Shown: positions 25,016-38,785 of the stretch, one piece after another
Layout: every line of letters starts with the position of its first letter
Position numbering within the stretch: the first letter of the stretch is position 1
Source: Balanoglossus misakiensis
Taxonomy: Eukaryota > Animalia > Hemichordata
Assembly (NCBI GenBank): GCA_040954595.2
Contig: CM082590.2
Span: 3,782,001-3,846,000, forward strand
Direction: 5' to 3'
Length of the DNA stretch: 64,000 nucleotides
The notes under the pieces: model-generated
Databases searched by the model: none
What the model saw: only the letters and a program-made list of their open reading frames with translations
Told to the model about the DNA's origin: nothing
Program-made: the position numbers and the translations under genes

Positions 25016-25359
25016 AAGAAAAAAAAGAGAAAAGAAAGAAGAGGAAAAAAGAAAGAGAGAGAGAGAAGAAGAAGAGTACCGGTGGGACCTACAGAAAAAA
25101 AAGAATGAAAGAATTAAAAACATGAAATCAATGAAATCAATGATAATGATAGTATTAATGTGGCAAGCCCGCCCAAACCAACATACTGCGGTGCAATTAA
25201 GGTGCAACCAACATTGGCTAGGTCAAAGCAGTTTCTATGGATACCAGAGAGTGCCAATGCTGTATCTGCTATGTAAATAGGAAAGCTGATCAAAGGTCAC
25301 CAAGAGCTCACCCAAAATTGTCAACAATTTTTTCTTCCAAAATAATCAGCGTAAAATGA

Positions 25360-28300
25360 AAAACAAGACTTCTGGCACTATTGGTTAACCTGGTAATTAG
25401 GTGTTCCAGCCCTCAAAATTTGAAGGCGTTATCGGCAGGGAAAATAGGTTAAAGGTAACCAAAGCTAACAAAAATGTCAGAAAAAAATGTGATCGCATAC
25501 TTGTGAACGTTCAAGAAAACCCAGACTCAAAGCTTCATTGTCTTGTCTACAATTACGTAAGCACATATTTATAAGGTTATCATTGGTCAAGAAATTCAGA
25601 TTAAGTCCAATAGTAGAGCATGTTCATAAAAAATTCAACCTGTAACAATATAGGTACTTAGGACAAAGTTCAATGCCAATGTTATCAAAAAATGTGGGTT
25701 ATGTCCTGGCAGCAGTACTATTCGTGTGAAAAAAAATCATCACCATTGTGCTTTTCAACAAGAGGCATATCCACGAATAATTAAGTTCTGAAATAAAACT
25801 GGATCAAAGTACATGAAAAAGTTGCAAAAAATGCAACGTATTCTGGTCATATGGTGACTCGTATCTATAAAAAGAATTGGTGTGCAATCAAAGTTTTATA
25901 ATCGGCATTCATAAAATCCAATTTAGCTTCAATAAACTTTAATTAAGTTCTGAAAGATCTGGATCAAAAGACAAATGAAAGTTGCCAAAAATTTGAATTA
26001 TTAAGTGTTGAAAAAACTGGATTAAAGGACATGTGCAATATGCCAAAAATGGTAACATATTCTGGTCATATAGTGACTCATATACATATAAATAATGTTT
26101 GTGCTATCAATGAGTAGGCCAGAAATAGGAAATCTTCGTTTTAAATCGTTGTTCAGAAAATCCAATTTGGCTCCAATAAGGTTTAACCAATCACAATTCA
26201 CTTGAAAACTAGATTAGAAAAAGATTTTTGAAGTTTTTTAATGAGATTTTTAAAAAATCCATAAGGCACCAAAAGTCACATGACCACTAATGATATGTTT
26301 GTCAAACTTTCAATCGCACAGTAAATTTGAACTTGATTGGCCCTGTAGTTTATGAAAATTTCAACTTTTAAAGCTTATTAGAAAATCCAATATGGCCGCC
26401 ATGAAGAAGACAATTAAAACTAAAAGTAGCATTGGAGGGACCAAAGCGGTTAGCATGGTTCCAACAGAAAGCAAAGGCTGTATCTGTTGTGGATGCCAAG
26501 AAATGGTAAAGTAAGCTAGAGGTGATGCAAAATGTGCCAACAAAATTTGATACCAAACTGATCAGTGTCCAACAAAAAGCAGACATCTACGCTTTATTGG
26601 TTAACTTTAAATAGCTTATATACATAATTATTGTGTTAAGGTTAATACATGTACTTCATTAGGTGTTCCGGTCCTCTAAATTTAACAGCTGTATCTGCTA
26701 TGCATACCAAGTTTTGGAAATGTAGATCAAGGGTCATTGCCAAAATTATCAAAATATTTGGGTTATGTCCTGCCAGCAATAGTACTCATGTGAACAAAAT
26801 CACGACTGTTGTGCTTTTTAACAAGAGGCATATCAACGTAGAATTAAGTTCTGAAAGATCTGGATCAAAAGACGAATGAAAGTTGCAAAATAATTGTTTA
26901 ATTAAGTGTTGAAAAAATGGATGAAAGGACATGTGAAAGTTGACAAAAATTTTTAACATATTCAGGTCTTATGGTGACTCGTATCCATAAAAAGGATTGG
27001 TGTGCTATCATTCAGTAGCCTTGAAATAGGAAATTTTAGTTTTTAATCGGAGTTCAGACAATCCAATTTGGCTTCAATAAGGTTTAACCAATCACAATTC
27101 ACTTGAAAGCTTGATTAAAAAAGATTTTGGAAATTTTTCATGAGATTTTTGAAAAAATCCATAATGAATCCAAATTCACATGACCACTATTAATATAATT
27201 GAAAAAAAAAAATTGAAACGGTCAGTAAATTAAAACTTGATTGGCCCTGCAGTTTAGAAAAAAAATGTCAACTTTTAGAGATTATCAGAAAATCCAATAT
27301 GGCCACCATGAAGAAGACCCAACTATAAGCAGCATTGGAGTGACCAAAGTGGTTAGCATGGTTCCAACAGAAAGCAAAGGCTGTATCTATTGTGAATGCC
27401 AAGAAGAGGTAAAGTACGCCATAGGTCACACAAAATTGTGCCAACAAAATTTGATACCAAACTGATCAGTGTCCAACAAAAAGCAGACATCTACGCTTTA
27501 TTGGTTAACTTTAAATAGCTTATATACATAATTATTGTGTTAAGGTTAATACATGTACTTCATTAGGTGTTCCGGTCCTCTAAATTTAACAGCTGTATCT
27601 GCTGTGCATACCAAGTTTTGGAAATGTAGATCAAGGGTCATTGCCAAAATTATCAAAATATTTGGGTTATGTCCTGCCAGCAATAGTACTCATGTGAACA
27701 AAATCACGACTGTTGTGCTTTTTAACAAGAGGCATATCAACGTAGAATTAAGTTCTGAAAGATCTGGATCAAAAGACGAATGAAAGTTGCAAAAAATTGT
27801 TTAATTAAGTGTTGAAAAAATGGATGAAAGGACATGTGAAAGTTGACAAAATTTTTTAACATATTCAGGTCTTATGGTGACTCGTATCCATAAAAAGGAT
27901 TGGTGTGCTATCATTCAGTAGCCTTGAAATAGGAAATTTTAGTTTTTAATCGGAGTTCAGACAATCCAATTTGGCTTCAATAAGGTTTAACCAATCACAA
28001 TTCACTTGAAAGCTTGATTAAAAAAGATTTTGGAAATTTTTCATGAGATTTTTGAAAAAATCCATAATGAATCCAAATTCACATGACCACTATTAATAAA
28101 ATTGAAAAAAAAAAATTGAAACGGTCAGTAAATTAAAACTTGATTGGCCCTGCAGTTTAGAAAAAAAATGTCAACTTCTAGAGATTATCAGAAAATCCAA
28201 TATGGCCACCATGAAGAAGACCCAACTATAAGCAGCATTGGAGTGACCAAAGTGGTTAGCATGGTTCCAACAGAAAGCAAAGGCTGTATCTATTGTGAAT

Positions 28301-31300
28301 GCCAAGAAGAGGTAAAGTACGCCATAGGTCACACAAAATTGTGCCAACAAAATTTGATACCAAACTGATCAGTGTCCAACAAAAAGCAGACATCTACGCT
28401 TTATTGGTTAACTTTAAATAGCTTATATACATAATTATTGTGTTAAGGTTAATACATGTACTTCATTAGGTGTTCCGGTCCTCTAAATTTAACAGCTGTA
28501 TCTGCTGTGCATACCAAGTTTTGGAAATGTAGATCAAGGGTCATTGCCAAAATTATCAAAATATTTGGGTTATGTCCTGCCAGCAATAGTACTCATGTGA
28601 ACAAAATCACGACTGTTGTGCTTTTTAACAAGAGGCATATCAACGTAGAATTAAGTTCTGAAAGATCTGGATCAAAAGACGAATGAAAGTTGCAAAATAA
28701 TTGTTTAATTAAGTGTTGAAAAAATGGATGAAAGGACATGTGAAAGTTGACAAAAATTTTTAACATATTCAGGTCTTATGGTGACTCGTATCCATAAAAA
28801 GGATTGGTGTGCTTTCATTCAGTAGCCTTGAAATAGGAAATTTTAGTTTTTAATCGGAGTTCAGACAATCCAATTTGGCTTCAATAAGGTTTAACCAATC
28901 ACAATTCACTTGAAAGCTTGATTAAAAAAGATTTTGGAAATTTTTCATGAGATTTTTGAAAAAATCCATAATGAATCCAAATTCACATGACCACTATTAA
29001 TATAATTGAAAAAAAAATGAAACGGTCAGTAAATTAAAACTTGATTGGCCCTGCAGTTTAGAAAAAAATGTCAACTTTTAGAGATTATCAGAAAATCCAA
29101 TATGGCCACCATGAAGAAGACCCAACTATAAGCAGCATTGGAGTGACCAAAGTGGTTAGCATGGTTCCAACAGAAAGCAAAGGCTGTATCTATTGTGAAT
29201 GCCAAGAAATGGTAAAGTACGCCATAGGTCACACAAAATTGTGCCAACAAAATTTGATACCAAACTGATCAGTGTCCAACAAAAAGCAGACATCTACGCT
29301 TTATTGGTTAACTTTAAATAGCTTATATACATAATTATTGTGTTAAGGTTAATACATGTACTTCATTAGGTGTTCCGGTCCTCTAAATTTAACAGCTGTA
29401 TCTGCTGTGCATACCAAGTTTTGGAAATGTAGATCAAGGGTCATTGCCAAAATTATCAAAATATTTGGGTTATGTCCTGCCAGCAATAGTACTCATGTGA
29501 ACAAAATCACGACTGTTGTGCTTTTTAACAAGAGGCATATCAACGTAGAATTAAGTTCTGAAAGATCTGGATCAAAAGACGAATGAAAGTTGCAAAAAAA
29601 TTGTTTAATTAAGTGTTGAAAAAATGGATGAAAGGACATGTGAAAGTTGACAAAATTTTTAACATATTCTGGTCTTATGGTGACTCGTATCCATAAAAAG
29701 GATTGGTGTGCTTTCATTCAGTAGCCTTGAAATAGGAAATTTTAGTTTTTAATCGGAGTTCAGACAATCCAATTTGGCTTCAATAAGGTTTAACCAATCA
29801 CAATTCACTTGAAAGCTTGATTAAAAAAGATTTTGGAAATTTTTCATGAGATTTTTGAAAAAATCCATAATGAATCCAAATTCACATGACCACTATTAAT
29901 ATAATTGAAAAAAAAATGAAACGGTCAGTAAATTAAAACTTGATTGGCCCTGCAGTTTAGAAAAAAATGTCAACTTTTAGAGATTATCAGAAAATCCAAT
30001 ATGGCCACCATGAGGAAGACCCAACTATAAGCAGCATTGGAGTGACCAAAGTGGTTAGCATGGTTCCAACAGAAAGCAAAGGCTGTATCTATTGTGAATG
30101 CCAAGAAATGGTAAAGTACGCCATAGGTCACACAAAATTGTGCCAACAAAATTTGATACCAAACTGATCAGTGTCCAACAAAAAGCAGACATCTACGCTT
30201 TATTGGTTAACTTTAAATAGCTTATATACATAATTATTGTGTTAAGGTTAATACATGTACTTCATTAGGTGTTCCGGTCCTCTAAATTTAACAGCTGTAT
30301 CTGCTGTGCATACCAAGTTTTGGAAATGTAGATCAAGGGTCATTGCCAAAATTATCAAAATATTTGGGTTATGTCCTGCCAGCAATAGTACTCATGTGAA
30401 CAAAATCACGACTGTTGTGCTTTTTAACAAGAGGCATATCAACGTAGAATTAAGTTCTGAAAGATCTGGATCAAAAGACGAATGAAAGTTGCAAAAAAAT
30501 TGTTTAATTAAGTGTTGAAAAAATGGATGAAAGGACATGTGAAAGTTGACAAAATTTTTTAACATATTCTGGTCTTATGGTGACTCGTATCCATAAAAAG
30601 GATTGGTGTGCTTTCATTCAGTAGCCTTGAAATAGGAAATTTTAGTTTTTAATCGGAGTTCAGACAATCCAATTTGGCTTCAATAAGGTTTAACCAATCA
30701 CAATTCACTTGAAAGCTTGATTAAAAAAGATTTTGGAAATTTTTCATGAGATTTTTGAAAAAATCCATAATGAATCCAAATTCACATGACCACTATTAAT
30801 AAAATTGAAAAAAAAAAATTGAAACGGTCAGTAAATTAAAACTTGATTGGCCCTGCAGTTTAGAAAAAAAATGTCAACTTCTAGAGATTATCAGAAAATC
30901 CAATATGGCCACCATGAAGAAGACCCAACTATAAGCAGCATTGGAGTGACCAAAGTGGTTAGCATGGTTCCAACAGAAAGCAAAGGCTGTATCTATTGTG
31001 AATGCCAAGAAGAGGTAAAGTACGCCATAGGTCACACAAAATTGTGCCAACAAAATTTGATACCAAACTGATCAGTGTCCAACAAAAAGCAGACATCTAC
31101 GCTTTATTGGTTAACTTTAAATAGCTTATATACATAATTATTGTGTTAAGGTTAATACATGTACTTCATTAGGTGTTCCGGTCCTCTAAATTTAACAGCT
31201 GTATCTGCTGTGCATACCAAGTTTTGGAAATGTAGATCAAGGGTCATTGCCAAAATTATCAAAATATTTGGGTTATGTCCTGCCAGCAATAGTACTCATG

Positions 31301-33930
31301 TGAACAAAATCACGACTGTTGTGCTTTTTAACAAGAGGCATATCAACGTAGAATTAAGTTCTGAAAGATCTGGATCAAAAGACGAATGAAAGTTGCAAAA
31401 TAATTGTTTAATTAAGTGTTGAAAAAATGGATGAAAGGACATGTGAAAGTTGACAAAAATTTTTAACATATTCAGGTCTTATGGTGACTCGTATCCATAA
31501 AAAGGATTGGTGTGCTTTCATTCAGTAGCCTTGAAATAGGAAATTTTAGTTTTTAATCGGAGTTCAGACAATCCAATTTGGCTTCAATAAGGTTTAACCA
31601 ATCACAATTCACTTGAAAGCTTGATTAAAAAAGATTTTGGAAATTTTTCATGAGATTTTTGAAAAAATCCATAATGAATCCAAATTCACATGACCACTAT
31701 TAATATAATTGAAAAAAAAATGAAACGGTCAGTAAATTAAAACTTGATTGGCCCTGCAGTTTAGAAAAAAATGTCAACTTTTAGAGATTATCAGAAAATC
31801 CAATATGGCCACCATGAAGAAGACCCAACTATAAGCAGCATTGGAGTGACCAAAGTGGTTAGCATGGTTCCAACAGAAAGCAAAGGCTGTATCTATTGTG
31901 AATGCCAAGAAATGGTAAAGTACGCCATAGGTCACACAAAATTGTGCCAACAAAATTTGATACCAAACTGATCAGTGTCCAACAAAAAGCAGACATCTAC
32001 GCTTTATTGGTTAACTTTAAATAGCTTATATACATAATTATTGTGTTAAGGTTAATACATGTACTTCATTAGGTGTTCCGGTCCTCTAAATTTAACAGCT
32101 GTATCTGCTGTGCATACCAAGTTTTGGAAATGTAGATCAAGGGTCATTGCCAAAATTATCAAAATATTTGGGTTATGTCCTGCCAGCAATAGTACTCATG
32201 TGAACAAAATCACGACTGTTGTGCTTTTTAACAAGAGGCATATCAACGTAGAATTAAGTTCTGAAAGATCTGGATCAAAAGACGAATGAAAGTTGCAAAA
32301 AAATTGTTTAATTAAGTGTTGAAAAAATGGATGAAAGGACATGTGAAAGTTGACAAAATTTTTAACATATTCTGGTCTTATGGTGACTCGTATCCATAAA
32401 AAGGATTGGTGTGCTTTCATTCAGTAGCCTTGAAATAGGAAATTTTAGTTTTTAATCGGAGTTCAGACAATCCAATTTGGCTTCAATAAGGTTTAACCAA
32501 TCACAATTCACTGGAAAGCTTGATTAAAAAAGATTTTGGAAATTTTTCATGAGATTTTTGAAAAAATCCATAATGAATCCAAATTCACATGACCACTATT
32601 AATATAATTGAAAAAAAAATGAAACGGTCAGTAAATTAAAACTTGATTGGCCCTGCAGTTTAGAAAAAAATGTCAACTTTTAGAGATTATCAGAAAATCC
32701 AATATGGCCACCATGAGGAAGACCCAACTATAAGCAGCATTGGAGTGACCAAAGTGGTTAGCATGGTTCCAACAGAAAGCAAAGGCTGTATCTATTGTGA
32801 ATGCCAAGAAATGGTAAAGTACGCCATAGGTCACACAAAATTGTGCCAACAAAATTTGATACCAAACTGATCAGTGTCCAACAAAAAGCAGACATCTACG
32901 CTTTATTGGTTAACTTTAAATAGCTTATATACATAATTATTGTGTTAAGGTTAATACATGTACTTCATTAGGTGTTCCGGTCCTCTAAATTTAACAGCTG
33001 TATCTGCTGTGCATACCAAGTTTTGGAAATGTAGATCAAGGGTCATTGCCAAAATTATCAAAATATTTGGGTTATGTCCTGCCAGCAATAGTACTCATGT
33101 GAACAAAATCACGACTGTTGTGCTTTTTAACAAGAGGCATATCAACGTAGAATTAAGTTCTGAAAGATCTGGATCAAAAGACGAATGAAAGTTGCAAAAA
33201 AATTGTTTAATTAAGTGTTGAAAAAATGGATGAAAGGACATGTGAAAGTTGACAAAATTTTTTAACATATTCTGGTCTTATGGTGACTCGTATCCATAAA
33301 AAGGATTGGTGTGCTTTCATTCAGTAGCCTTGAAATAGGAAATTTTAGTTTTTAATCGGAGTTCAGACAATCCAATTTGGCTTCAATAAGGTTTAACCAA
33401 TCACAATTCACTTGAAAGCTTGATTAAAAAAGATTTTGGAAATTTTTCATGAGATTTTTGAAAAAATCCATAATGAATCCAAATTCACATGACCACTATT
33501 AATATAATTGAAAAAAAAATGAAACGGTCAGTAAATTAAAACTTGATTGGCCCTGCAGTTTAGAAAAAAATGTCAACTTTTAGAGATTATCAGAAAATCC
33601 AATATGGCCACCATGAAGAAGACCCAACTATAAGCAGCATTGGAGTGACCAAAGTGGTTAGCATGGTTCCAACAGAAAGCAAAGGCTGTATCTATTGTGA
33701 ATGCCAAGAAATGGTAAAGTACGCCATAGGTCACGCAAAATTGTGCCAACAAAATTTGATATCAAACTGATCAGTGCCCAGCAAAAAGCAGACTTCTACG
33801 CTTTATTGGTAAACTTTAAATAGCTTATATACATAATTATTGTGTTAAGGTTAATACATGTACTCCATTAGGTGTTCTGGTCCTCTAAATTTAAAAGCTG
33901 TATCTGCTGTGCATACCAAGTTTTGGAAAT
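25360..33930 (+). repeat. ~900 bp macrosatellite: a divergent lead-in, then 8 near-identical monomers
   Basis: The same landmark recurs at 26649, 27553, 28456, 29356, 30255, 31159, 32059, 32958 and 33858 (spacing 899-904). Variants repeat every 2703 bp. Confidence 0.98.
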
Positions 33931-36900
33931 GTAGATCAAGGGTCATTGCCAAAATTATAAAAATATTTGGGTTATGTCCTGGCAGCAATAAAACACATGT
34001 GTACAAAATCATGACTGTTGTGCTTTTTAACAAGAGACATATCCAAGTAGATCAAGGGTCATTGCCAAAATTATCAAAATCTTTGGGTTAAGTCCTGGCA
34101 GCAATAAAAGTCATGTGAACAAAATCATGACTGTTTTGTTTTTTAACAAGAGACATATCCAAGTAGATCAAGGGTCATCGCCAAAATTATCAAAATATTT
34201 GGGTTATGTCCTGGCAGCAATAAAACTCATGTGAACACAATCATGACTGTTGTGCTTTTTAACAAGAGACATATCCAAGTAGATCAAGGGTCATTGCCAA
34301 AATTATCAAAATATTTGGGTTATGTCCTGGCAGCAATGAAACTCATGTGAACACAATCATGACTGTTGTGCTTTTTAACAAGAGACATATCCAAGTAGAT
34401 CACGGGTCATTGCCAAAATTATAAAAATATTTGGGTTAAGTCCTGGCAGCAATAAAACTCATGTGAACACAATCATGACTGTTATGCTTTTTAACAAGAG
34501 CCATATCCACATAAAATTAAGTTCTGGAATTACTGGGTCAAAGGACATGCGAAAGTTGCCAACAAATTGTTTAATCAAGTTTTGAAAAAACTGGAACAAA
34601 GGACATGTGAAAGTTGCCAAAAATGTAACGTATTCTAGTCATATGGCGACTCGTATCCATACAATTAATTTGTTTGCTTTCAATGAGTAGGCTAGAAATA
34701 GGAAATCTTAGTTTTTAATCAGTGTTCAGAAAAATCCAATTTGGCTCCAATAAGGTGACACCAATCACAATTCACTTGAAAACTTGATTAGAAAACGTCT
34801 GTTTGAATTTTTTATGAGATTTTTCAAAAATCCAATAAGGCAATCAAAGTCACATGGCTGCTAACACTATTATTGTCAAACTTTTAACTGCACAGTATGG
34901 ATCAAAGAACATGTGAAAGTTGCCAAAATATGTAATGTATTCTAATCATATGGCGACTCGTATCAATAAAATTAATTTGTGTGCTTTCAATGAGTAGGCT
35001 AGAAATAGGGAATTTTAGTTTTTAATCGGGGTTCAGAAAATCCAAATTAGCTCTGATAAGGTTACACCAATCACAATTCACTTGAAAACTTGATTAGAAA
35101 AAGATTTTTTGTAATTTTTTAATGAGATTTTTAAAAAATCCAATAAGGCACCCAAAGTCACATGACCACTAATGATATTTTTGTCAAACTTTCAACCCTA
35201 CAGAAAACTACAATTTGATTGGCCCTGTAGTTTATGAAAATGTCAACTTTTAAAGGTTATAAGAAAATCCAATATGGCCGCCAAGAAGAAGACAATTAGA
35301 GCTACAAGCAGCATTGGAGTGGCCAAAGCGGTTAGCATGGTTCCAACAGAAAGCAAAGGATGTATCTGTTGTGGATGCCTAGAAATGGTATAGTACGCCA
35401 GAGGTGATGCAAAATGTGCCAACAAAATTTGATACCAAACTGATCAGTGTCCAACAACAAGCAGACTTCTACGCTTTATTGGTTAACTTTAAATAGCTTA
35501 TATACATAATTATTGTGTTAAGGTTAATACATGTACTCCATTAGGTGTTCTGGTCCTCTAAATTTAAAAGCTGTATCTGCTGTGCATACCAAGTTTTGGA
35601 AATGTAGATCAAGGGTCATTGCCAAAATTATCAAAATATTTGGGTTATGTCTTTGCAGCAATAAAACTCATGTGAACACAATCATGACTGTTGTGCTTTT
35701 TAACAAGAGACATATCCAAGTAGATCAAGGGTCATTGCCAAAATTATCAAAATATTTGGGTTATGTCCTGGCAGCAATAAAACTCATGTGAACACACTTA
35801 AGTCTGTTGTGCTTTTTAACAAGAGACATATCCAAGTAGATCAAGGGTCATTGCCAAAATTATCAAAATATTTGGGTTAAGTCTTGGCAGCAATAAAACT
35901 CATGTGAACACAATCATGACTGTTGTGCTTTTTAACAAGAGACATATCCAAGTAGATCAAGGGTCATTGCCAAAATTATCAAAATATTTGGGTTATGTCC
36001 TGGCAGCAATAAAACTCATGTGAACAAAATAATGACTGTTGTGCTTTTTAACAGGAGACATATCCAAGTAGATCAAGGGTCATTGCCAAAATTATCAAAT
36101 TATTTGGGTTATGTCCTGGCAGCAATAAAATACATGTGTACAAAATCATGACTGTTGTGCTTTTTAACAAGAGACATATCCAAGTAGATCAAGGATCATT
36201 GCCAAAATTATCAAAATATTTGGGTTATGTCCTGGCAGCAATAAAACTCATGTGAACATAATAATGACTGTTGTGCTTTTTAACAAGAGACATATCCAAG
36301 TAGATCAAGGTTCATTGCCAAAATTATCAAAATATTTGGGTTATGTCCTGGCAGCAATAAAACACATGTGTACAAAATCATGACTGTTGTGCTTTTTAAC
36401 AAGAGACATATCCAAGTAGTTCAAGGGTCATTGCCATAATTATCAAAATATTTGGGTTATGTCCTGGCAGCGATAAAACTCATGTGAACACAATCAAGAC
36501 TGTTGTGCTTTTTAACAAGAGACATATCCAAGTAGATCAAGGGTCATCACCAAAATTATCAAAATATTTGGGTTATGTCCTGGCAGCAATAAAACTCATG
36601 TGAACAAAATCATGACTGTTGTGCTTTTTAACAAGAGACATATCCAAGTAGATCAAGGGTCATTGATAAAATTATCAAAATATTGTGGTTATGTCCTGGC
36701 AGCAATGAAACTCATGTGAACACAATCATGACTGTTGTGCTTTTTAACAAGAGACATATCCAAGTAGATCAAGGGTCATTGCCAAAATTATCAAAATTTT
36801 TGGGTTATGTCCTGGCAGCAATATAACTCATGTGACCACAAGCATGACTGTTGTGCTTTTTAACAAGAGACATATCCAAGTAGATCAAGGGTCATTGATA

Positions 36901-38785
36901 AAATTATCAAAATATTGTGGTTATGTCCTGGCAGCAATGAAACTCATGTGAACACAATCATGACTGTTGTGCTTTTTAACAAGAGACATATCCAAGTAGA
37001 TCAAGGGTCATTGCCAAAATTATCAAAATATTTGGGTTATGTCCTGGCAGCAATATAACTCATGTGAACACAAGCATGACTGTTGTGCTTTTTAACAAGA
37101 GACATATCCAAGTAGATCAAGAGTCATTGATAAAATTATCAAAATATTGTGGTTATGTCCTGGCAGCAATGAAACTCATGTGAACACAATCATGACTGTT
37201 GTGCTTTTTAACAAGAGACATATCCAAGTAGATCAAGGGTCATTGCCAAAATTATCAAAATTTTTGGGTTATGTCCTGGCAGCAATATAACTCATGTGAA
37301 CACAAGCATGACTGTTGTGCTTTTTAACAAGAGACATATCCAAGTAGAACAAGGGTCATTGATAAAATTATCAAAATATTGTGGTTATGTCCTGGCAGCA
37401 ATGAAACTCATGTGAACACAATCATGACTGTTGTGCTTTTTAACAAGAGACATATCCAAGTAGATTAAGGGTCATTGCCAAAATTATCAAAATATTTGGG
37501 TTATGTACTGGCAGCAATGAAACTCATGTGAACACAATCATGACTGTTGTGCTTTTTAACAAGAGACATATCCAAGTAGATCACGGGTCATTGCCAAAAT
37601 TATCAAAATATTTGGGTTAAGTCCTGGCAGCAATAAAACTCATGTGAGCACAAACATGACTGTTATGCTTTTTAACAAGAGCCATATCCACATAAAATTA
37701 AGTTCTGGAATTACCTGGTCAAAGGACATGCGAAAGTTGCCAACAAATTGTTTAATCAAGTTTTGAAAAAACTGGATCAAAGGACATGTGAAAGTTGCCA
37801 AAAATGTAACGTATTCTAGTCATATGGCGACTCGTATCCATAAAATTAATTTGTTTGCTTTCAATGAGTAGGCTAGAAATAGGAAATCTTAGTTTTTAAT
37901 CAGTGTTCAGAAAAATCCAATTTGGCTCCAATAAGGTGACACCAATCACAATTCACTTGAAAACTTGAGTAGAAAACGTCTGTTTGAATTTTTTATGAGA
38001 TTTTTCAAAAATCCAATAAGGCAATCAAAGTCACATGGCTGCTAACACTATTATTGTCAAACTTTTAACTGCACAGTATGGATCAAAGAACATGTGAAAG
38101 TTGCCAAAATATGTAATGTATTCTAATCATATGGCGACTCGTATCAATAAAATTAATTTGTGTGCTTTCAATGAGTAGGCTAGAAATAGGGAATTTTAGT
38201 TTTTAATCGGGGTTCAGAAAATCCAAATTAGCTCTGATAAGGTTACACCAATCACAATTCACTTGAAAACTTGATTAGAAAAAGATTTTTTGTAATTTTT
38301 TAATGAGATTTTTAAAAAATCCAATAAGGCACCCAAAGTCACATGACCACTAATGATATTTTTGTCAAACTTTCAACCCTACAGAAAACTACAATTTGAT
38401 TGGCCCTGTAGTTTATGAAAATGTCAACTTTTAAAGGTTATAAGAAAATCCAATATGGCCGCCAAGAAGAAGACAATTAGAGCTACAAGCAGCATTGGAG
38501 TGGCCAAAGCGGTTAGCATGGTTCCAACAGAAAGCAAAGGATGTATCTGTTGTGGATGCCTAGAAATGGTATAGTACGCCAGAGGTGATGCAAAATGTGC
38601 CAACAAAATTTGATACCAAACTGATCAGTGTCCAACAACAAGCAGACTTCTACGCTTTATTGGTTAACTTTAAATAGCTTATATACATAATTATTGTGTT
38701 AAGGTTAATACATGTACTTCATTAGGTGTTCCGGTCCTCTAAATTTAAAAGCTGTATCTGCTGTGCATACCAAGTTTTGGAAATG
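33930..38785 (+). repeat. Transitional macrosatellite monomers carrying internal 116 bp expansions (5 and ~18 copies)
   Basis: 116 bp units at ~33930-34510 and ~35604-37690. The spacers 34490-35620 and 37670-38800 are nearly identical, offset 3181 bp. Confidence 0.95.

Noticed and set aside
24714-25280. 188 aa ORF with 18 aa repeats and a K/E/R-rich tract
   Set aside because: It is fully explained by the 54 bp minisatellite and the purine tract, and it has a non-ATG start.
26340-33930. Tandem 5S rRNA, snRNA, tRNA or histone gene cluster
   Set aside because: The unit size fits, but I found no 5S, U snRNA, tRNA or histone sequence in the monomer on either strand. A covariance-model scan (Infernal/Rfam) would settle it.
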